From NCBI RefSeq assembly GCF_009914755.1, contig NC_060932.1: a stretch of DNA of 64,000 bases. The stretch is one strand, 5' to 3'. This DNA is from the human T2T-CHM13v2.0 reference genome, Homo sapiens. Both the position numbers and the translations under genes were made by a program. The stretch's first letter is position 1; each line of letters opens with the position of its first letter. Shown piece by piece: positions 58,253-64,000 of the stretch. The notes beneath the pieces are model-generated. The model worked only from the letters and a program-made list of their open reading frames with translations, was not told the origin of the DNA and made no database searches.

Positions 58253-59743
58253 GTGAGGCACCCGGCCTGGCAGCGCCTGCAACGTGGCGTGTTGTGCGGT
58301 CGTCTGTCCCTAGGTCCCCGTCAGCGTGCCAGATTCTGGGGCAGGAGATGCTCGGCGGCCTACCCCCATCCCCTCCCATCTTCCCCACCACGCGGCCGTT
58401 GGGTGCAGCGCGCGCAGCACCACGCGGGCAGGCGGCGAGGAGCAGGGAGCGTGCGCGCCTCTTGCCCGCCCGCGGGCCGCAAGATTCCGGAGGTGGTCCA
58501 CCCCGTGGTCCACCTACCTCTGCTTCTTTCCCTTCGCCCAAACGGCAGCCCTTCCGCATTGCTTCCTGTCCTTTAGCGCGCGCACCCGTCACCTCACGCT
58601 GCACTTCTTTCGACCCCCTCCAGGCGACCCTGTATTTCCCTTTTTTCCCCCTTTACTCATCCTTCCCCTTCCTGCCACCATTCTGTCTCTCCCATTTACC
58701 CCATCGTGGCAGCACCCACTTCCCTTTCCCTCCCTGTCGCATCTTTTGTTCCCTGTGGCGCGCAGGTCACCCTCCGTTTTCTTCATGGGGACGCGGTGCT
58801 GGCGCGCAGTTTCCCGCAGAAATCCTGTGGAGGGGTCTGAGTGGCGCTACAGCTTCAGCTTGCATTCCTCTGTCAGCCCCGTCTCCCCCAGGTCCTCTGC
58901 TCGCCCTTACCAGTTGAGCCGAACCCTTTGGATTGGTACCCCATGGAACACCAGGGCCCCCGAGAAGCGTGGCGCTGGCGGTGCCGACCTGCTGCTGGCA
59001 CTGCCGGGCCGGGGCGCCGCAGTGGGCGGGTGGCCTGTGGGAGGAGCGCAATGAGGCCTGGGGGTGGCCGTGTGTTGCCATCCTGGCCTCTGCCACTTGA
59101 GGGTGAGGAGGAAGGAGGCAGTGGGCTTTGCTGGAAAACCGTAACAGAAACTGCCTGGCCCTCCTGCGGCTAACTGCATGCAAGATGGGTGTGGCCCTGC
59201 AGAAGGCAGATGACTTCTTGAAGCGTTCCGAGGGAGAATGAATCTCAGTAGTAAGATTCATTTCTCACTCAAAACAGTGCTTCATTATAAATTACTGTCC
59301 TTTTCTATGCCAGTGACAGATTGCATGCTGATTGAGACACTGGATAAATTGCAAACAAAAATGGACCTTTGTCACAGGCCACTAGGAAGTGAGATGGAGT
59401 TAGCATAGCATGGATCCTCTCTGGAAGGGAGCTTCCAGCCCTAAGGGATGGCTGGGATTTATGAGGGTGCTTCAGAAGCCGGTATCCACAAATGTTAACC
59501 CGGTTGCTCGCTGGTGAAATAACTACCGTGACCCTCTATTGATACCTGGTCGCCGTGGCACTTCGGAATCACTCCTTCAGTACCCTTTATCCAAGACCAT
59601 GTGGTGTTAAGGCTGGTTTATGGTGAATCATGAGTGTATTTTTGATACTATCAGTAAAGAAGGCAGTATTTTTCTTTTTCCTTGTAAACCTACATCAAGA
59701 TGACTCTGGAAAAAGCGATTTACTGCACCTGTCCAATAAATAA

Positions 59744-59785
<42 letters not shown>

Positions 59786-62151
59786 AAGTTTAAGGCCCAA
59801 AGAACACTTTTCTCTGCCTGTAGAAAGCAAATTGTGTGTAGGTTTGGAGGGCTTGTTTCCAGGATTCTGGAGTCTTGAAGGTTGTCAAGACTCAGTTCAT
59901 TAGGGAGCAGTCACAATGTGAAAAGAGCAGAGCCCATTTATTTGTCCAAAGTGAGAGTACATAATGACTCAATTAACAGCATAAGGCACCAGCCCTGAGC
60001 TGGCAAAAGAGAAGGCTCCAAGGGGAACTTTAAAGCCTGGCTGGGTGTTCTTCATCAAGACAATCATGCTGCGTAGGTTGTAGTCTCCTCATTTATGAAA
60101 CAGTGATTTGGCCTGGATCTAAGATTCCTTATACATGTTAACTAACTCTAAGGGGAAAGAGATAGATCATAAATTACATGTTAACGTTGAGGGGAAATTG
60201 ATAGATCATAAATTAAAATATAATTTAATATGTTATATATTTCTATTGATTTATATACCTATGAAATAGTTTTTATATTGAAAGGTAGGATTTTTTTTCC
60301 CATTTGTTAGCATCATGATTGTGCTGCTGAGTTTTAAAAGATTGTGCTATTTGAATATCTCAGGATCAATTTCTATTTTGTGTAGTCTATTAATCAAATA
60401 TTTATCGAGAACATTTATATGCCAGACTGTGCTGGAGTCATAGAATGTAATGGTTGGCAGAATCTAGTAAAAAGAAAAAGATTGAGCAAACTCCTGAATT
60501 TGCAATTTTGAATGCTTTATCTCCACCTTCTATCAACTGCTTTGAGTAAATAAAATTTGGAAGTCCACATTTCTTCCCTAACTTTCTGAAAGCCAGCATA
60601 GCATGGTGGCCAGAGCTCAGATTTGGAGCCAGGGTGCCAGTGCTCTTGGTTCCCAGCTCCATCACTTTCTAGTTGAATGATCTTGGGCAAGTTACTTCCG
60701 TGCCTCGCTTTCTCATCAGTAAAATGGAGACAGTAACATCTGCCTTTTACAGGGCTGTTGTAAGGCTTACCTGAATTTCATATATGTAAAGTGCTGGCTC
60801 ATACCGTGGGATATATGTTTACAATAGTTATCAATAAGCAAATAAGTGAAAATATGCCGCACAAAGTGATTACAATGGAATTATTGCTTTTATCATGTAA
60901 ATGATAACTTTGGTCTTCCTGTTATTTAACATGACTTAACATTCTACAGGAGTGGGAATAGCTTTGCGAAAAATGGGCGCAATGGCCAAGCCAGATTGTA
61001 TCATCACTTGTGATGGTAAAAACCTCACCATAAAAACTGAGAGCACTTTGAAAACAACACAGTTTTCTTGTACCCTGGGAGAGAAGTTTGAAGAAACCAC
61101 AGCTGATGGCAGAAAAACTCAGGTCAGTCGTGACATGTTATGAAATCACAGAAGCTTCTAGAATGATAGGCTGTATCAATAACATTTTACTGTTTATAGG
61201 CAAGAACTTAATGAAAAAGTTATTTTATGAATTGAATTTTGTCAAATTAGCAAAAGTATCAACTTCATCATAGAATTGGCATCTTTTATTAGCTACTAGG
61301 TTGAAAACCACAAACTATTGTGAATAAAATCAATATGGGTTAATGAAGTAGACTCAGAAAGGAGAAGGTGAAACAAATGTTGATTAAGGAGGTTATGAGT
61401 CATGGAAACTCTTGTAATGTACTTGGAAGATTAAAACGTTTACTTTGTTTTTGCAGACTGTCTGCAACTTTACAGATGGTGCATTGGTTCAGCATCAGGA
61501 GTGGGATGGGAAGGAAAGCACAATAACAAGAAAATTGAAAGATGGGAAATTAGTGGTGGTAAGTGTCAAACTGCTGTGTCTCAGTCAGCTTCTTGTGTGC
61601 ATTCATAGTTCACATAACTGTTCTATATCATTGATCATTAACAGAACTCAGTTTGGAAGAAAAAAAAGCAAAATAACAAGTTAAATACTAGAACACTAAT
61701 TATTAAGAAAGTCCTAGTGGAGATAGAGAAGTGACATGACATAGGAGAGGATTTGGCTGGAGTTGGGGGGAGTTCTTGCTTTGCTGCCACGTCACAGTGA
61801 AATCTTGGCAAGCCACCAAACTGCACACATTTTTCTATATCTTTAAAATAAGGAATATTTGCCATAACCAAAAGAATAAAGATATATTCAACACATTAGT
61901 TTTCTGTAAAACATGCATATTATAAGCAAAACAACAGCTTCTGGCTTCTCTCAAACCCGTGAATTCTGAAAGAAATTTTCTCCATCTATGAAGTAGATTA
62001 CGTGATTTCGTGGGACTTTGATTCTAATGTTTTAATACCACCACTGCTCTGGAATCTAAGGCTAACCTAACTCTTTTAATATCTTTCCTTCTTCTAGGAG
62101 TGTGTCATGAACAATGTCACCTGTACTCGGATCTATGAAAAAGTAGAATAA
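58174..62151 (+). CDS. FABP5: Fatty acid-binding protein 5 (epidermal), join(58174..58252,60950..61122,61457..61558,62098..62151), 135 aa
   Basis: 79+173+102+54=408 nt; all introns GT-AG; MATVQQLEGRWRLVDSKGFDEYMKEL...CVMNNVTCTRIYEKVE; canonical four-exon FABP structure. Confidence 0.99.
59746..59783. repeat. (GT)n microsatellite in FABP5 intron 1
   Basis: About 19 GT units. Confidence 0.95.
60595..60830 (+). mobile_element. MIR in FABP5 intron 1
   Basis: TGATCTTGGGCAAGTTACTT...GCCTCGCTTTCTCATCAGTAAAATGG. Confidence 0.8.
60950..61122 (+). CDS. FABP5: FABP5 exon 2
   Basis: Acceptor TTCTACAG|GA; VGIALRKMGAMAKPD...TADGRKTQ; donor CAG|GTCAGT. Confidence 0.98.
61457..61558 (+). CDS. FABP5: FABP5 exon 3
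   Basis: Acceptor TTTTGCAG|AC; TVCNFTDG...KDGKLVV; donor GTG|GTAAGT. Confidence 0.98.
62098..62151 (+). CDS. FABP5: FABP5 exon 4 (coding part)
   Basis: Acceptor CTTCTAG|GAG; ECVMNNVTCTRIYEKVE then TAA. Confidence 0.98.
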   Translation, partial: ECVMNNVTCTRIYEKVE

Positions 62152-62335
62152 AAATTCCATCATCACTTTGGACAGGAGTTAATTAAGAGAATGACCAAGC
62201 TCAGTTCAATGAGCAAATCTCCATACTGTTTCTTTCTTTTTTTTTTCATTACTGTGTTCAATTATCTTTATCATAAACATTTTACATGCAGCTATTTCAA
62301 AGTGTGTTGGATTAATTAGGATCATCCCTTTGGTT

Positions 62336-62345
62336 AATAAATAAA
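62336..62345 (+). terminator. FABP5: FABP5 polyadenylation signal (two overlapping AATAAA)
   Basis: AATAAATAAA about 185 nt after the stop, followed by GT/T-rich sequence. Confidence 0.8.
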
Positions 62346-63136
62346 TGTGTTTGTGCTAATATATCTTGTATGCATTCTTTAAACCTTACAGGAAATTAGT
62401 GATGAGTTTTAATAATTATTAATTGAGTAAAGGTTGGGGCAGTCTTGAGGGTACTATATTGAGATGACACTCTAGCAATTTATATAGATAGCTACTCTTA
62501 CAGGAAATACTGTACCAATTATTTAAGCTTGCCCTATACTATTTGAACTTTGTATGAATTCAGGAATCTTGAATTTCTGGCAGAGACCATTCTCAATAAA
62601 AGGTGACTACAACATAAACTTTATTATTCAAATTAGAGCAAAGGTTTAATTAACCAGCATTGACTAAAATACTTTTTGTGTGTATTTATATACAAATATA
62701 AGTAATACTATGTATGGAATAACCAGAATTCTAGTGAATCTCTGTTTCTCGGTCCCCAACACAAATATCCACAGTTCACATTTGGAGAAGCAGGCTGTTG
62801 GCCCTGAGCTAAAGCTTCGCATAAATGATCTTTAGGGCAGACGTTAAAGGGCTGGTACAACTACAACCATTCTGCAAGTAACTAGTTCAAGGACAGGAGG
62901 TAGTAGAGCTGGACCGACAACCTATATCTCATCAAGTCTACTCAATGTGTTCAGTCATTCTGCAATGCTGTCTCTTTGCAGCTTGTGCAGATCTTGTCTA
63001 AAGTCCCTACGTATACTAAGTGAGACTTCTGAAACCACCCTCCACGTGCAGAAATGTTAACTGGTAAGCCTATTCTTTTAAGAATTAGCCACAGCTAGCA
63101 GTCAGTGGAGGTTTTCAACTCGCTGATACTCTAGTC

Positions 63137-63370
63137 CTGTCCTGTCCAATACATAGCTATGAGTCACACATGGCTATTGAACCTTTGAAGTGTGACTAGT
63201 CTGAATTGAGACGTACATAGGGGATTTCAAAGGCTTAGTACAAAAAGTAAAATGCCTTATTAATGATTTTTTTGGTATTGATTGCATATTAAAGTAAATA
63301 TATATTTGTAAAGTTAATTTTACCCATTTACTTTTTTAATGTTTCTAGGGAAAATGTAAAAATTGCATGT
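63137..63370. mobile_element. MER33-like hAT-Charlie MITE lacking its normal right end
   Basis: CTGTCCAATA...CACATGGCTATTGAAC...AAGTTAATTTTACCC. Confidence 0.7.
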
Positions 63371-63376
63371 ACTTTC

Positions 63377-63553
63377 ATTTCAGTCATGCTTATTTCAGTC
63401 TCTATGCTGGGGTTCTTTCATCCACATTTTCCGCTTCTCATAATTATGTATATTTATTGACATTCTCTCTGAACCAAACATGATTATGAGAAGTGGAAAA
63501 TGTGGATGAATGAAGAACCCTAGCATAGAGACTGAAATAAGCATGATTGAAAT
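63377..63553. repeat. Long inverted repeat (73/76-bp arms, 28-nt spacer)
   Basis: Arms 63377-63449 and 63478-63553 differ by 4 substitutions and one 3-nt indel. Confidence 0.95.
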
Positions 63554-63657
63554 TCACATAGAAAGGAAGTCTAAATCAACACTGTCCAATAAAAAATACG
63601 ACACAAAAATGAAAGTTAGCACGGGACCCATAATATAGTAAAGGCTTAATGTCCCAC

Positions 63658-63869
63658 CAGCACTTCCCAATATAACTTTATGTGACATGGAAATGCTCTT
63701 TAATATCTGCACTGGCCACTAAGGTAGCCACTAGCCGTAAGTGAGTATTGAGCATTTGAAATGTGGTGAGTGCAACTGAGGAACTGAATTTTTAATTTAG
63801 TTTTTATTAACTAAAATGTAAATTTAAGTACCCACATGTAGTTAGTGACTGTTAATTTGGACAGCATGG
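63658..63869. mobile_element. MER3 hAT-Charlie MITE
   Basis: GGTAGCCACTAGCC...GCAACTGAGGAACTGAATTTTTAATTT...TTGGACAGCA. Confidence 0.8.
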
Positions 63870-64000
63870 GATGTTTCCAAAATTGAAATTCTTATGTTTT
63901 AAACTTTCAAACCGATTCCTCTTGCAGTATTCTCCCTCTCAATTCATGGGAATGTCATGTTTCCAGTGTTCAGGCTAAATGTCTAATCTTTGATTATTTC

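Larger units (their letters stand above)
57450..59020 (-). ncRNA. Putative two-exon antisense lncRNA over FABP5 exon 1 (possibly the reported LNMICC); both ends approximate
   Basis: Minus-strand donor CTG|GTAAGG at 58911. Acceptor GCTAAC-CAGCTCCTCTTGCCAG|G at 57954. Variant PAS ACTAAA at 57484-57489(-). Confidence 0.5.
57700..59060. promoter_or_regulatory. CpG island spanning the FABP5 promoter, exon 1 and the start of intron 1
   Basis: Abrupt rise in GC and CpG density against the CpG-depleted background. Confidence 0.92.

Noticed and set aside
59185-59241. Mini-ORF MGVALQKADDFLKRSEGE resembling the exon 2 start (VGIALRK)
   Set aside because: Similarity covers about 7 residues with poor nucleotide identity and no pyrimidine tract; consistent with chance.
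57620-59261. Long unspliced ORFs (up to 247 aa) on both strands
   Set aside because: Stop-codon scarcity in the CpG island. The 247-aa ORF is exon 1 read into intron 1.

Overview
Primate (very probably human) genomic DNA: about 58 kb of repeat-rich upstream sequence followed by the complete four-exon FABP5 gene (+ strand, CDS 58174-62151, 135 aa) with its TATA/CCAAT/GC-box CpG-island promoter. The upstream region holds two processed pseudogenes (UBE2H, RPL17), a near full-length Tigger2, a hAT-Tip100 transposase fossil, a deleted HERV-L provirus, an ERV-L integrase fossil, and many L1, L2, MIR, Alu, LTR and MITE elements. No tRNA, rRNA or CRISPR was seen, and I cannot demonstrate a wholly new biological system. 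The strongest leads are: (1) a 73-bp inverted repeat about 1 kb past the FABP5 poly(A) signal whose four mismatches are all G-U wobbles on the FABP5 strand; (2) a spliceable antisense transcript across FABP5 exon 1 whose junction builds an 83-codon ORF; (3) an in-frame alternative first coding exon in intron 1; (4) a ~200-bp inverted local duplication that preserves a pre-Alu empty site; (5) a UBE2H retrocopy that appears to record an exon-skipping isoform and splits an ERV-L integrase frame. Repeat subfamily names and parent-gene comparisons come from recalled consensus sequences and need confirmation with RepeatMasker/Dfam and BLAST.
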